64,000 nucleotides of DNA from Azolla caroliniana. Lineage: Eukaryota > Plantae > Polypodiophyta. The notes under the pieces were generated by a model, which had not been told where the DNA came from, ran no database searches, and saw only the letters and a program-made list of their open reading frames with translations. Positions 49,560 to 62,764 of this stretch are shown piece after piece. Where the stretch lies: positions 12,028,001 through 12,092,000 of the forward strand of contig JBHGNT010000016.1 of NCBI GenBank assembly GCA_043228905.1. The letters run 5' to 3'. Position 1 is the first letter of the stretch; the number at the start of each line of letters is the position of its first letter. A program made the position numbers and the translations under genes.

Positions 49560-51075
49560 CAGCGGTACAAGACTCATTGCCTAGGCAGGCAGCAAGAGAT
49601 GTACACTCTATTGCCTTTCAAGTCAAGCTCTTCCTATTGGATTCATTGCAATTGTAAACGCAGAGAGGAGGCTCCTTACATTTCATACTTTGATTGATGA
49701 TTCCTCTAGAAAGTGTTGGGTGTATTTAAGGATAAGACTGAAGTGTTTGCTGTTTTCAGAAACGTTCATGCATTTACTATTACTCAAACAGGTTTGAAAC
49801 TGAAATGTCCAAAGGAGAGACGAGGAAAGTAAACACTCACTTTACAAATTTTTGTGCAGAAAGTAGAGTCTAACAAGGAGGAGCTTGCTATGCAAGAGGA
49901 CATCAAAGCGCTCCATGAGAATAACACCTGGGATCTAATTGAGCTGCCCAAAGGAAAAAAGGCTATACCCAACAAGTGGGTCTACAAGGTAAAGACTCTA
50001 GAAGGAAAACCCAAGTATAAGGAAATGGACTCTAACAAGTGGGAGCTTGCTATGCAAGAAGAGATCAAAGGCATGAGAATAACACCTGGGATCTTGTGGA
50101 GTTGCAAAAAGGATAAAAAGCTATACCCAACAAATGGATCTACAAGGCAAAAACTCTAGAAGGTAAACTCAAGTATAAGGCTGGTTAGTAGTCAAAGGGT
50201 ACAAACAAATACAAGTAATTGATTTTCAGGAGTTTTTTCTCTAGTAGTCTAAATGACTACACTTAAGACACTTTTCGCTATTTCAGCCTTTTTTGGATTT
50301 GAGTTATATCAAATGGATGTAAAGACGGCTAGACGAGGCCCTTTATATGTACCAGGGTTCATGATTCCAAGAAAAGAGCATCTTGTTTGCAAACTTTGAT
50401 GCAGCCTGTACGAGCTGAAACAAGCCCCACACCTATGGTATAAGAAATTTGATTCTTTCATGCTTCAAAACCTGGTATCAACAAAATTTGATATTGCATA
50501 TGCAGCAGTAGTAAGGAGATTTATGAGTCAATCTGGACAAAACCATTCGCCTATAGTCAAGTACTTAGATATCTCGTGGCATTAAGGAAAAATGCATTTG
50601 TTACGGCAAAGGGAACTTCATGGCTATTGTGATTCTGATATGGAAAATACACTTATAGTTACATCTATACTCTCGCAAGTTTTGTGGTGTTCACAGCGGC
50701 AACAAATCATCGCACTCTCTACTACAGAAGCTGAGTATATCTCAGCTACAAAGGCCTCTATGGAGGCCATTTGGTTAGCTCTCTTGTGGAATGGGCTTGG
50801 CCTTCCAAAGCAAATTAAGTGTGATAACCAAAGTGTCATACGTTTGGCAAAGAACTTTGTTTACCATGTAAGGAATAAGCATATTGATATTTGCTATCAG
50901 TTCATTAGAGAGGTGAAGACAATCGTGTAATCCAACTAGTAAAGATTGATAACACCAAGAATCTGGCAGATTGTTTGACAAGTGTTTATCAGACACTTTC
51001 ACCAACACTGCTTTGAGCTAGTGGGAGTTATCCAATTGAGTAACCTAGCTCCTTTAAGTGAGGGATTGTTGGGGC
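49560..51075 (+). pseudogene. Collapsed Copia IN-RT-RH remnant with an internal ~160-bp duplication (~49867-50181)
   Basis: IDDSSRKCWVY; MQEDIKALHENNTWDLIELPKGKKAIPNKWVYK repeated; QMDVKT; ALSTTEAEY; KHIDICYQF; PPT-like AAGTGAGGGA before TGTTGG. Confidence 0.8.
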
Positions 51076-53589
51076 TAAAAGCCCTTGGGTTGCTCCTATT
51101 AAACGAGAAAAACATGTTTTATATAATTTAATATTTTTTTAGTTTTGTTAGAGGTATACAGTCTCATTTTCAGAACTGTACAACTCCTAAAAAAATATTT
51201 TGTACACTAAATGGGATCCTTGGACAAGATTTCAACTCAGCATTAAATACGTGTTTATGAGGCCATGACTTAGCTGTCCCATCAAAATTTAAACCTCTTC
51301 TTCTAAGAGCATATTCTATGTACCTTGAATAGCACATTAATATATATGTGCACTCATACCTTGTACATTTTTTTTCAAGTAGTGGGATTTTGTTTTGCAG
51401 AACTACTTCCGCTTTCTTGAATAATATTAAGTAAAGAAGAAACGGAAAAAATCAATATATGCTTAAATGTATGGATGCTCTAATAAGCTACTTCTCGCTG
51501 TCTTCTCAAAACTCTTCTCAAGATTTTCTTAATTTTTTTCAGTCTGGACAAAAAAGGTTCCTTGTTATGGAAGATATGCCAAAATGATTTACACGCCCTA
51601 GTAGGGCATAGTCGCATTCCCTTCATAAGAAGAATTCCTGATATTGGTACGCTGTATGCTTCAAATGATGCTCGTATGGTTCTAGCAGGGGATGAAGGTG
51701 CCTGACACATGCATAAAACTGTCATGGTCAATTAGCTTTGTTGGGAAAGTCTTCTTTACTTGTGTCAACACGTTGATGATGAAATTACTAATCAACTTTC
51801 CGCTTGATGATGAAGCCAACGGCATTTGCTTTTACATGAATTCTCCTAGTTGAGCAATATTAGCCTGAATGTCAGTATATGATGCGATGCAATTTATGGT
51901 ATTGGGCACACATACCATTTGTATGGGATTAGCTGCCTTTGCTACATAAGGACCATTATAGTTACAGCTGCCATTAACTCAGGCTTCATTCAACAGCTCC
52001 CCCATCATCAGGTCATCAACTCCCTTAACCTTTGGGCACTGGGCAGGTGCCATTATAAATAGAGAGCTGTATGTTTTAGTAAACAGTTCTTCGTCATGAT
52101 CGAATCCATTTTCTTTTACGAATAATAGAATAACCTAGACATGCATCAGTGCTCATGGATGTTCCGCTCTTGATTCAAATCACCTACAATAATCTATCTC
52201 AATTTACTTACGCTTTTCTAGCTGCCTGCTGTATCAATCTTTGCTATCTGTCGGCCTTCATCTTCCCAGAATAAAATATTTATGGAAACAATAATATGCT
52301 TTAACGCAACACAAACAGGACACAGTTTTCCCCATCTATAACGCAGGTAGATACTAAATCATGAGCAAATAACAGCCTAGGTAAGATCTTTCAAAAATCC
52401 TGAAAGAGAAAAAAGAAAACCTGATAGAGATGGGAGAACCTGGGGCTAACCTCTGCTACCGAGACCTTATCCATGATGTGACAGGAGGATGGCACTCAGA
52501 TATGTAAGAAGCAAAAGTGTGGTGGCGATCAGGATCCGCAAAAGTGGCTGCACAGACAGAAAGACTGTGTAACACTACTGATTCAACAATTCATTCACTC
52601 AGATCGAAAAGAATTATGATAGATGATGGATATTGGCTTGTTCCTAGGACTAAACCGGTTTAGGAACTGGTTCTGCTAATATTTGCAAACTCCCAAACCG
52701 GATAAGGCTCTACCGGTTTGGTTTGGACAAACCCAAACCTGTTAAGCCAAAACCGAACCGTTCCTGATTCCTAATTCTCAGTAGCAATAGTAGGAATCAA
52801 GATATATTTGTTCCCATCTTTTATATCGGCGTCTTCACCAGTACCACATCGACCCGAAGAACTTCCTCCATATTTGATTAACTACTCATGCTCAAAGTAG
52901 TTTCTAGCTTTTTAAAGACTCGGGTCCAAAAATGAAATTAGAATGTATAGCGATCTACATCCATCTATGAATAATTCGTGATCTATCACTATGGTTCTAT
53001 TTAATATAAACTTGGTTGGTTTTTTCAGTCACTCGACAACCACCCCCATATATATGTATATGTAGAGGCATGGGTACCTTTTTGTGTTCAAGGTAGCCTA
53101 ATAATAAAATCTGAATGTTTACTTTCCCATTTCTCATAAGGAATATCTTGTGAATGCAACAGACCTACAACATTATGTCGCTCTACCTTATATCATTTGA
53201 TATTGTAAACATATTTGATCACGTAATTTTGCACACATCAAGTAAATTAGGCCACAAAAAATGTCAATAGATTAGACACCAGTGTTTGATGTGTTCCAAG
53301 TTACCTAAGGGATGGTTTATCATAATGCTCAAAAGAAAACAAAATTGACCTAAGAGACATCTAGAACACAAATGTTCAATGTTAGATTAGACAAGAAGCA
53401 CACGAGAAATGTGAAAGGTGACTTCGTGGGAACCGTGATTTTAATGGCATCTTTAATGTATTCAACTCTCGTTAGAGTCTTTTAATAAAACTATCATTAG
53501 GGTATTTCCTTCGAAGTTAATAAAAATATCATATTTTAATTCGATGAAGCTGAGAATGTTAATTTTGTAAACATAACTAAAAGCATTAG

Positions 53590-54930
53590 TTTTTTTTTTC
53601 CAAAAAAAAAACTCCTTCCATTAGTTATAAAATTTTACAAATGAGGCGATTATGTACAAATCCCTAAAGGGACGCGATAGTTCCATCTAATGTAGAAGCC
53701 CACTGACTCAAGAAAGGGAGAGGACAACCATTGTTGGATGAAGGCTATGCGTTGTCTTTCAACTCCCTCGGAGCCACCTTTAAGGCCATCATATTGGCTC
53801 TTTAGAGTGGCTACAATTTCATTCCATATCTCTTATAGTAACCTTGTTGGATGGGTGGTTTGGTTGGAGAAGACTCGCCTACATCGTTGTTTCCATAGAA
53901 TCCAAAGGGTTATTGGGCTGACCAATTCCAACACCTCTTGAGATTTGTCATTAACAGGAAAATAGTGGACATTGCCACTAGAGGAGAAAAGAACCTCTTG
54001 TGCTTTTATCACCAAAGTCATCCCCTCCTCCTGATGCTCGTATCGGCCAATTGCAGCTTGCCATGATAGCCAACATATATTTCCCCACTTGATTGAACCT
54101 TGCACCTGGCATAATTGCAACAAGCGGCCAACCCCCCGCCATGTTCTATGGGACGTTGGGCAGTCCCACAAAGCGTGTCGTATGGATTCTACTACATGTG
54201 GGCACTCTACACAATTAGGAGAGCTAAGGTTCCCACGTTGCCATGCTCCCACCGGTAGGGACTTATGTATTAACAGCCATTGGAAAGTGGTAATTCGCCT
54301 CACGTGTTGTTGCTTCCAGATTTTCTGCCAAAACTTGGTGATTATTGCGGAGGGAACTTGAAATGTGTGCCAGACCTTCACAGCAGCCGGTTCTCAGGCG
54401 GCTTGAGCAGCTAGAATGTGGCGACCCAATCTAGTTGTGAATTGGAAGAAAGGGATGGGTTTGCTTCCTTGCCCCGCGTAGGGATCACGCCGGTCCATTG
54501 CAAAGGGTCCCAACTGATCTTACGTAGCCATGTGTTTTCATGAGTACATATATGCCAATCGGGTTGTACTTTGATCGGATCAGGATCTACAATCCATTTA
54601 TGACCAGTGTACGCGAGTACTCAAATGGCGTTATTCTGTGTGGGTGTCTCAGTGTCTCTCACTTCATGGCCTTCGAGCATGTCTAGTGATCCCCTACCTC
54701 TCGGGATCAGAGAGCCCTCCTCCTCGTGGCCTATCCATTTCTCCATTGTCGTCCTTTGAGTGGCAGATTCCCTAATCAATAGCGCGTTAATGATTTCCGA
54801 TCTCATAGTCCATCCGCCCCTGATTCCATGGAGTATGTTCGCTTGATCTTGTAGTGGCATTGACATAAACCGTCGCCAACATTCTATACTTTTGCCTGGA
54901 CCTTCTGCAATGTATCCCCATGACAACCCC
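53590..54930 (-). mobile_element. 5'-truncated L1-type LINE (ORF2 C-terminus, zf-RVT region)
   Basis: FWQKIW...FQWLLIHKSLPV...CVEC...ESIRHALWDCP...WILWKQRCRRVF (ORF 53833-54381); T-run at 53590-53599 may be the poly(A) tail; ends approximate. Confidence 0.78.
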
Positions 54931-54959
54931 TTAGTAGCTATATTGATAAGATATTTGCA

Positions 54960-55890
54960 AAAATAAATAGAAAAATTGAAGTCTTGGATAATATTTGCCC
55001 ATGTACCTTTATGACTAACACTACCACACCGAAGGAAATTTTAAATATTTTAAAGATTGTGAGCGTGAGTAATTTCCATTTAATAAGTGCATGAACCACT
55101 CCAAGAACTTTTTTTCTTGAGCTAAACATCCACATGCAGTAAAATCAACTCCCTTACTCTCAAAAGGAATAGCTCTTCCATCTTGTTAAAGAATGGCGCC
55201 AATTAAATAATCAACAAGTAACCAAGGTGAATCTTGACTTTATAAATAATCAACAACTATGGTTTCAACATCAAAATGTTTCAACGGGTTCATCAAGCTA
55301 AGTGTTAGAACAATACATACATTCATGCTCCTCGAAAATGGAAAAACATTCTTGTAAATGTTCATCCCAACTTCCCACGATTTGGTTTAGCAAACTTAAG
55401 CTTTTGGCCTTTTAAAATGAGTCGCTTATGTAGCCAATTGCAAAACCACCTTACGATGATATATTCATAGGAAACCATCAAAACAAAGGAATGAATGAGT
55501 TCTCATGAATTTCAAAGAATAAGCGAGAGTTTGTTTTCATCAATGAACACATTGATCGCTAATTAAACGTCCCAAGTTATTGATCTTTTGAAAAGTTCCA
55601 TTTCAACATTGTGGCATAAAAATGTGTCTTTTAATGTTTTCAAGATAAAACAAACATGAGTGTATTGTTTATCCAAACGAAGACTATAAATGAGAATATC
55701 ACCCAAGAAAACAACATTCTTTTCATCTTGAAAAATTTCATTCTTTTCTTGTTGAAAAGTGGTGGAGCATTCGTTAACCCAAACGATGTTGACAAAAAGT
55801 TCGTAATGGACATAACATGTAGGAAATGCAATTTTAGGAGTATCTTCCTCAACAATTTGTCTTTGATAGTAGCTAGGTCATAGACCAATT
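54960..55890 (-). pseudogene. Degenerate Gypsy RT/RNase H remnant
   Basis: SFGLTNAP, GAIL.QDGRAIPFESK, LGVVHALIKWK. Confidence 0.65.
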
Positions 55891-57339
55891 TCTATATAGT
55901 ATAGAACAATACAATCAATCAATCAATTTGTCAACATGTGATACAAAATTTCAATAGTTATTTCCTTGAACTATAATTTTAGATACACACTCCTTTTTAT
56001 GAGTCTATCTTATCCTCTTTCAAGTTGCCTATGTTGGTAATGTGGAATTTACAAGAACACCACATGGTATGGGATCTATTTTACAGTCAAGGTTATGCAT
56101 ATGGGGTAATCTAAGTGGCAATTCTAAGGAAAACATCTTCAACGTTGAAATAATACTGTTGAATTGTTGGATCAATCACACAATAGTAAAGTAGGGAACA
56201 CTAGTTATTACAAAAGTGATAGAATGATTTACCCAAACAATGGATGAAGACCAGTTTTTATTATAAAATTAGGGACAACCCAACATTATATGTATCAATG
56301 AACCTTCGACTCATCACATGAAAATTAGGTATTTCTACATAGGAATACATATGACTAAGCAATTGACAAACTTCTCCTTTCATGAATGCTAGCATGTTCA
56401 ATTCAAATATCTCGATGATGGTGTCTTTAAGCCAAACATTAGTACAATGGAAATGCAAAATGCCCTATTTCATGAAGAAGTCCACTTTCTCTTGGTCCTC
56501 AACAACCATGCTGATTTGATTACTGGTTTAACCATCCACAATCAAAACAAGCATTTGTCCCACTTGGTGATGGCATGTAGTTTTATGAGGAGTGGTCCAA
56601 GTGTCGTGTTGAACCAGGGCACTAAGCACATCAACATTGTTGTGCTCCATATTTTCGATTAGCATATACTTTTACGTTGTTGATATTGGCCTTCTTGAAC
56701 CAAGGCTCGGCCTATTGCTGAATGCGGTCCAAACCTCAGTGGCCTTTGGCCCCTTTCCAAAACATGGGCACATTCATTGTATCCTTCCTTAGTTGGTAGG
56801 ATGGTCAAACTATTTGGTCATAGGACAAAAGAATGGCAAAGACTGGAAATTAGTCAATATGCTTGAGTTTGAGATGGTAGGCTTGCAAGTAACACAACCA
56901 CAAACAACACAAAAGACTTCCAATGAATGATGGATGGTATGCTCGGGGTACATCTCTTCCCATGGATGATCTCTGCTAGCTCTTGAAGATAGAGATAGAT
57001 AGAGAGATAGATACTCAACAAACTCCATATTCACCCCAAAATAATTATACCTTTTTTTTTTACATGCGTACCAGTAGAGACATGTTACACAAAAAGCAAG
57101 ATTATCTGGAATCTAAATGTGTATGTATGTGTATATGACATGTTTACATATTGAAACGTCAGATTCAGCACCCTGTGTGAAGAGCAAACAGTACACACTT
57201 GCCCCTTCCATGGAGAATTAGCACTCATAAATTAAATGATGACAAACTTGTGGAGTATCAAGAAACCTCAAAACGGATTCATTTAGATCACCACAAGATC
57301 TCAACCGTGTTACGGACAAGCACCGACCAAAGACAGGGT

Positions 57340-59361
57340 TCAAAAGTTCAATTCTAAGCTACCCCTTTCCTGTTCTGATGAATTATTGCTTTGATGGGAT
57401 GCAACCAATGAATTGGATATCGATATTTGCTTCGAGGTTCCGTTACCATTCGAATTGCCTTGGATATACACCCCTGACAATGCCTCCATTTGATTCATGG
57501 CCACTGATTGGGCATTCATGCCAAGCCCTAAAAAAGTGTGCATGTTGGATGGGCCATGATCTATAGTAAAAGGACCCTGTGTGCCCATCAACATGGGATG
57601 CCTGTGCATCCCCATTGGACCATTCAAGTGCACAAAATCAGGTGTCGAAAAATACATGGAAGAAGTAGTCATCCTACCTTGATATGCATCGAGCATTGCA
57701 TTATCTGCTTGAACTTGTGATGCATAACTGAGACGTGAATCGAAACCTGTAAAGGTGACTTTTCTTCCACTGCTGGATGTGTTGTAGCCCCCGAATTTGC
57801 TATGGCTTATCTGATTCAAGTGTGACGGATCAATCACATTACAACTTGAGGGAATGTTCCACATGGATGCAGAATTCTCCAGATCATTTTGGTCACAGAA
57901 ACCAAACTTGCATTTTTCAGCACCAGAGGCAAGCCCAATATTTCCAATCAGCTCAGCTCCATTGTGGCTGGGTTTTGTAGGAAAACCATCATTGGAATGA
58001 AGATTTTCGATGCTTGCCTTTGTCGTCTCATTTCCATCCTCTAAAGCAGACCCCTTGAAGGTCATTGTTGCACTTCCATAGTTCCTTCCAATATTGCACA
58101 TTGTCAATTTATTGGGGGCATCTCCACATGGATTGGTTGGCTCGGAGAACTGATGAGCGCCAATCGCATCCTCATATCCTTGCACATTATTGACTCTGTA
58201 AGAAGCTTCACGCGCATCAAATTCTGTGACATTTCCAAAGGCTTTGCATTCCACCTTTGATAGTGTATCTTTTGCATTGACAACAACTCCCATATCGAAA
58301 ATGGCGGGTTTCCCTTCTCTGGTAACAACATTGACAACCTTCAGGAACTCATTATGCACTCTATTGTTCAATCCACCTGAATCAGAACTTCCAACTCCAT
58401 CAGCCACACCAGGTTCTTCCTTCACCTTCTTGCCATGGCCATTAAAAGCAGTACAAGAACGATTCACGGTTACATTGCTGGACTTATATAGTCCTGAATG
58501 CTCTTTTGCAGTTCCCAAGATTTCTTCGCTCGACTTATCTAGCCCGAAATGTTCTTTAGCACCTCCCAAACTGCTAACCGATTCATGGCCCGGATTGCTT
58601 CCTGTGTATCCAGAGCCTCCATCAAAACAATGCTCTTGATCAGGACATACCTTGTGTATAGCTTGCCTGGGCTTATACAGAAGTCCCTCAACATCACTCG
58701 CAACACAGACACAGCCAACATTGGCATCAAAATTACTATCAAAGTTTAATGCTTTCTGAGCATCTTCATTAGCACTTGTATCTACAGCATCTGCATCCCC
58801 AATGTTTTCCCTAGTAGCTGAAACATCTCTTGCCAGTACATCCGAATCGGCTCCACCATTTTTCATTTCTGATGAGACTTCATGTGTTGTGTCTCCTCTA
58901 TAAGTGTTAGCTTCCTGTCCATGATTAGGATCATAGTCAACTCTTCCATTCCCGTGTTTACTCTTATGCCCTTCCCTTAAGCCAATATCAGATTTCCCTC
59001 CTTTGTCTTCAGCATCATGTGGCCGGTGAAATTCCTTCGTACCTAGTTCAGATGCAGAGACCAAAAGAGCACCTCTGATCTCTCGTTTCATCCATTGGAA
59101 AAGGTTCTGTCGGGCGTCTCTCAGCTCCTCCATGATGTTATCCATGCATTCCTGAAGTGACACTGTAGTGATGTTCACATCAGGGGCCTTCGCAGTCGCC
59201 TCCGCCTGCTGTCTGCTCGCATTGCAAACTCTTTTGCTGCAGGGTGTAGTTGCTGCTGCTTCTGCAGATTGGAGGAGGCCATGACCAATGCCATGGCATG
59301 ATGCTTTTCTCTTCTTCACATTCAGGGCATGTAATGGTTTGCTTGGTGGATCGGGCAGCAT
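57340..59361 (-). CDS. Uncharacterised intronless protein (~673 aa): basic NLS-like motif, short coiled helix, long low-complexity tail
   Basis: 2-kb stop-free ORF with no TE motifs; first in-frame ATG at 59361; VKKRK; LQECMDNIMEELRDARQNLFQWMKREIR. Confidence 0.7.
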   Translation of the reverse strand: MLPDPPSKPLHALNVKKRKASCHGIGHGLLQSAEAAATTPCSKRVCNASRQQAEATAKAPDVNITTVSLQECMDNIMEELRDARQNLFQWMKREIRGALLVSASELGTKEFHRPHDAEDKGGKSDIGLREGHKSKHGNGRVDYDPNHGQEANTYRGDTTHEVSSEMKNGGADSDVLARDVSATRENIGDADAVDTSANEDAQKALNFDSNFDANVGCVCVASDVEGLLYKPRQAIHKVCPDQEHCFDGGSGYTGSNPGHESVSSLGGAKEHFGLDKSSEEILGTAKEHSGLYKSSNVTVNRSCTAFNGHGKKVKEEPGVADGVGSSDSGGLNNRVHNEFLKVVNVVTREGKPAIFDMGVVVNAKDTLSKVECKAFGNVTEFDAREASYRVNNVQGYEDAIGAHQFSEPTNPCGDAPNKLTMCNIGRNYGSATMTFKGSALEDGNETTKASIENLHSNDGFPTKPSHNGAELIGNIGLASGAEKCKFGFCDQNDLENSASMWNIPSSCNVIDPSHLNQISHSKFGGYNTSSSGRKVTFTGFDSRLSYASQVQADNAMLDAYQGRMTTSSMYFSTPDFVHLNGPMGMHRHPMLMGTQGPFTIDHGPSNMHTFLGLGMNAQSVAMNQMEALSGVYIQGNSNGNGTSKQISISNSLVASHQSNNSSEQERGSLELNF

Positions 59362-60229
59362 TATATACACAACTTTTGACGGCTTTTAGATGCTGCATAC
59401 GCCAAGAAAAAGGGAGTGTCACCTGCATGTCTGGAAGAAGACGGGAGGAAGAAGAAGAGTGTATTCTGTTGTGGGCGACCATGACCAGATCAGTGTTCAC
59501 GCACGCCCATGTTCATCAGTGTGTTCCTGCTCACGAGTCACAACCCTAAAAAACCTATTCTGTTGTGGCCTAACTGACTGACACACAGTCTAAAATCTCA
59601 TGTCTCATCATCACCATCACCTCCCATTCAATTTTGTATAACATGTGTATGTATGTATGTACGTACATACTAGTTTTGGCCAACCATTACCACTTCTATC
59701 ACATACATACATACATATATGGGAGGGAGTGTAAATCTATCCCCATATGTGCTCTTAGAGTGCACATTTTGTGATAGTGCCCCAAATGAGGAGCGGCTTT
59801 TGTGCAACTCAACCATATGGGTCGAATGGTGTTAATCTAGGAAATCATAGATGTGTAGGACACAATGGATTTAGGAAAGAGTGAAACAGGTAATAGGATT
59901 GGTTAATCAAGTCAACTAGAATATTTTGTGGGCAAGTTACAATGTACTTAGTCTTGAAGTATGTGCCATTGACTTCAAGATAAGTACTATCTAGCACTAG
60001 CCTGTATCTAGGGAGTTGGGTCATATTAAATGACAAGTCAGTTGACAAAAAAGGAATATCTCCACTACTATCAACTACATGCACATTTAATGTTACACTC
60101 AAACCAAACAGAGAATATAATCCACTCTCTTACACAGTGGTGTATTGATCATCAGTCCCCACTAATTTTGTAGTGAGCTGGTCCAGATCCCATCTAAGCT
60201 CTAAGGTGTGAGCGCATGGGTGAACTACC

Positions 60230-60763
60230 AATGGTGTAGACCCGGTGAGAACCGGATGAGGAGTACTCGGCTACGGAGAGCCGGATGGTGAAGACCCGGT
60301 GAGGAGTGCTCACCGGATGAAGAGACATATTCGTAAATATGTTTCTGAGAGCCCATCGAGGCTATATTTGTAAATAGCATATTAGTATAAATATTACTTA
60401 GGGCAAACTTTTAGTTGGTAGTCGTTATTCTTGTTGGTGCAAGAAGAGAGAGAGCGCGTAGCAGTGTACAGAGAGAGAGAGAGAGAGAGAGAGGAAGAGG
60501 TCGTTGCCTCTGTTGTAACCGCCGCCTGTGGCGAAGATCGTGAGCACAAGGTCGTTGCCTCCGTGAACTCACTGTTGTACATTCTAGCATAGTGATAGTT
60601 TGCAGCCTGTGGGCTGCCGTGGTTTTTCCCTAGTTTGGGTTTTCCACGTAAACATCCTGTGTACTCTTCTCTTCTTTGTGTCGTGCGTTTCATTTCCCGT
60701 TTTCTGTGTATGATTCTAAGCTCGGTTGTGGCCGAGCGTTGCGTATAGAGAGCGTACAGTTCC
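60230..60763 (+). repeat. LTR related to Copia family A (left end uncertain, right end disrupted)
   Basis: Reverse-complement similarity to 4503-5160: CCGGTGAGAACCGGATG, TGTTGTAACCGCCGCCTGTGGCGAAGA, CTCGGTTGTGGCCGAGCG. Confidence 0.8.
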
Positions 60764-62764
60764 TGTCACGAAGCCCGTCTTCTCTTCGACCGGGTTGCTC
60801 CACCTGGTTACCTCCCGGACACATTTTTCCGCGCGGTCCGCTTCTTCTTTTCTTAGTCGTGCACCAGCGAGGCCTTCTAGCACCAACAACCAAAATCCGG
60901 CTTCGTTCGTCTTCCGGGCCTCACCTCCTCCGATCCGGATCCCAGCCGACGCCGAGTAGTGGACGATCTCCGCGTGGCGAGCCGCCGCTTCTTCCATCAG
61001 CTGTTTCATTACCCCTCCTCTAACATTCAGGTCCAGGGCCCTTCGGGTCTCGCTAGGGTGCACCCGACCGTTCCATAGGTACACCACGTCGGCTCTCATT
61101 GCCTCGGCAAAGTCCCCGCAGTCCTTCCGGACGTGGCCGACCGCATCGCACCACAAACACCGATTTCCAGCCAGAGGCCTTCGGTCACGGGCATGTTTGC
61201 CATCGTCCCTCTGTGCCTGTGCAATCCGGAGGTCCTTTACCATCGTAGTCAACTCCTCTAGAGCTGCTCCTCCGGACGAGCCTTTGACCATGCCGGTCGA
61301 AGTCGATTCGGTCTCGAGCCAGTCTTGGGTTTCTTCCCTTCGTGCTGGCGGGGTTGGCTCGAGTTTCTTTGCTGTGACAGAGCCCGTCCCTATTGACCCT
61401 TTATCGACCCAATCTCACCGTTTGTCAAAACGGCCACAGACTCTCTTCACCACGGCCTAGTTGGCCGTCAGCCCGTCATCAGTCTCCAGCAGGAGACCCA
61501 CTTGCTCCCGGTCCCTCGCATCCACCGACTTAACGAACAGCAAGACGCGACTTGTGTCAAGTACGGTCCGGTCAAGCGCCGATGGACGCGCGAAGTGTTC
61601 TTCAAACTCCCGGAGGAGCATCAACGCATTTCTCCCCTTTTCGGGGGTCTCTACCCATTCCATGAAGTCCCGTTTCAAGAGCCGAAGCCCATCATCAAGC
61701 CCGTATTTTTCGAGGAGCCGACCTTCAAACTCTTCCCAGGTCCGGCTCTCAGCCCGTACCTCGAGCACCTCCGCATGGATGCTTGGCATCGCCACCCGAG
61801 GGAATCCGGTCAGTCGCCTTTCTTCCGGAATGTCTCTCATTACCATCTCGGCCCGGTAGGCCTCCAAATAGCTTGTGGCGTCCTTCCCACCGAACCGGCC
61901 TATCGTGTCGACGACTGCTTCAATAGCCCTATCGAGGGCGCCTGCGCCTTTGCACACACTCACTATCCGATCCACAGTCGAAGCCATGGCTTCCGCGAGA
62001 TTCGACCCCCTCATCTTCCTATTCCTCTACCGCCCGTTTCACGTCGGGTTCACCAAAGATGTCGCGTTGTTACGCGCGTGTGTGGGGAATGAGGTGGGAC
62101 CACCGAGGTCTTGGACCGAGAAATATCTGAGAAGGAGGAGAGAGGAAAGGCAACGGACGCACTTGCACACACACAAACACGGAAGCACACAGGAATCACA
62201 GTCCAACAACACAACAAAACGAGACGACTCGAAGTCCGAGTATATGAACACGTATGTATATAAATATATAAATATATATATATTGAGACGGTTACAACTA
62301 ACAGGTCGGCAAGGCGAACACCGACGCCTATTCACTCACACACAGAAGAGCGAGATGGAGACTCTACCGGAAGCACACGGGCGTTCCACGGAGCAGAGTC
62401 AGCCTCCCGAAAGCCTGCGCAAAAATGGCTATGGAGAGTGGCAGAGGAGAAGGGCTCGGTCCCAGTCCCAGTCCAGCAGCACTTCGTCCTCTCTAACGCG
62501 CGATACCTTTTCCCATTCCTCTCCCTCTCTTTTATAGCCCAAGGAGGGAGGTTGTTATCATCCGTTACATCATATTAATTCTCTGTCCTTTCGGACAGAG
62601 ATACACCTCGATTTGCTCCCTATTGAATGCATGCTACCTAGGATTTCCTCTCAGCCGACTTGTACCTACCTACTTACTATACAACGAAAATTGTGCTCGC
62701 GTGTAAGGGTCGGTTTACACACACTAAGCTCGGTTTCCGCCTAGGGACGGTTTTCTGCACGATA
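60764..62764 (-). mobile_element. Gypsy-like 5' fragment (LTR ~62110-62764 plus gag), related to the gag-only element at 26340
   Basis: gag RFGGKDATSYLEAYRAEM...VLLFVKSVD...DDGLT (61457-62014) and CLWCDAVGHVRKDC knuckle (60716-61291); LTR starts TATCGTG as at 26340; shared leader GTGAACCYGAYGTGAAA. Confidence 0.78.

Noticed and set aside
58226-58639. Antisense 137-aa ORF within the 57340-59361 gene
   Set aside because: Shadow ORF of the long opposite-strand frame, with a non-ATG start
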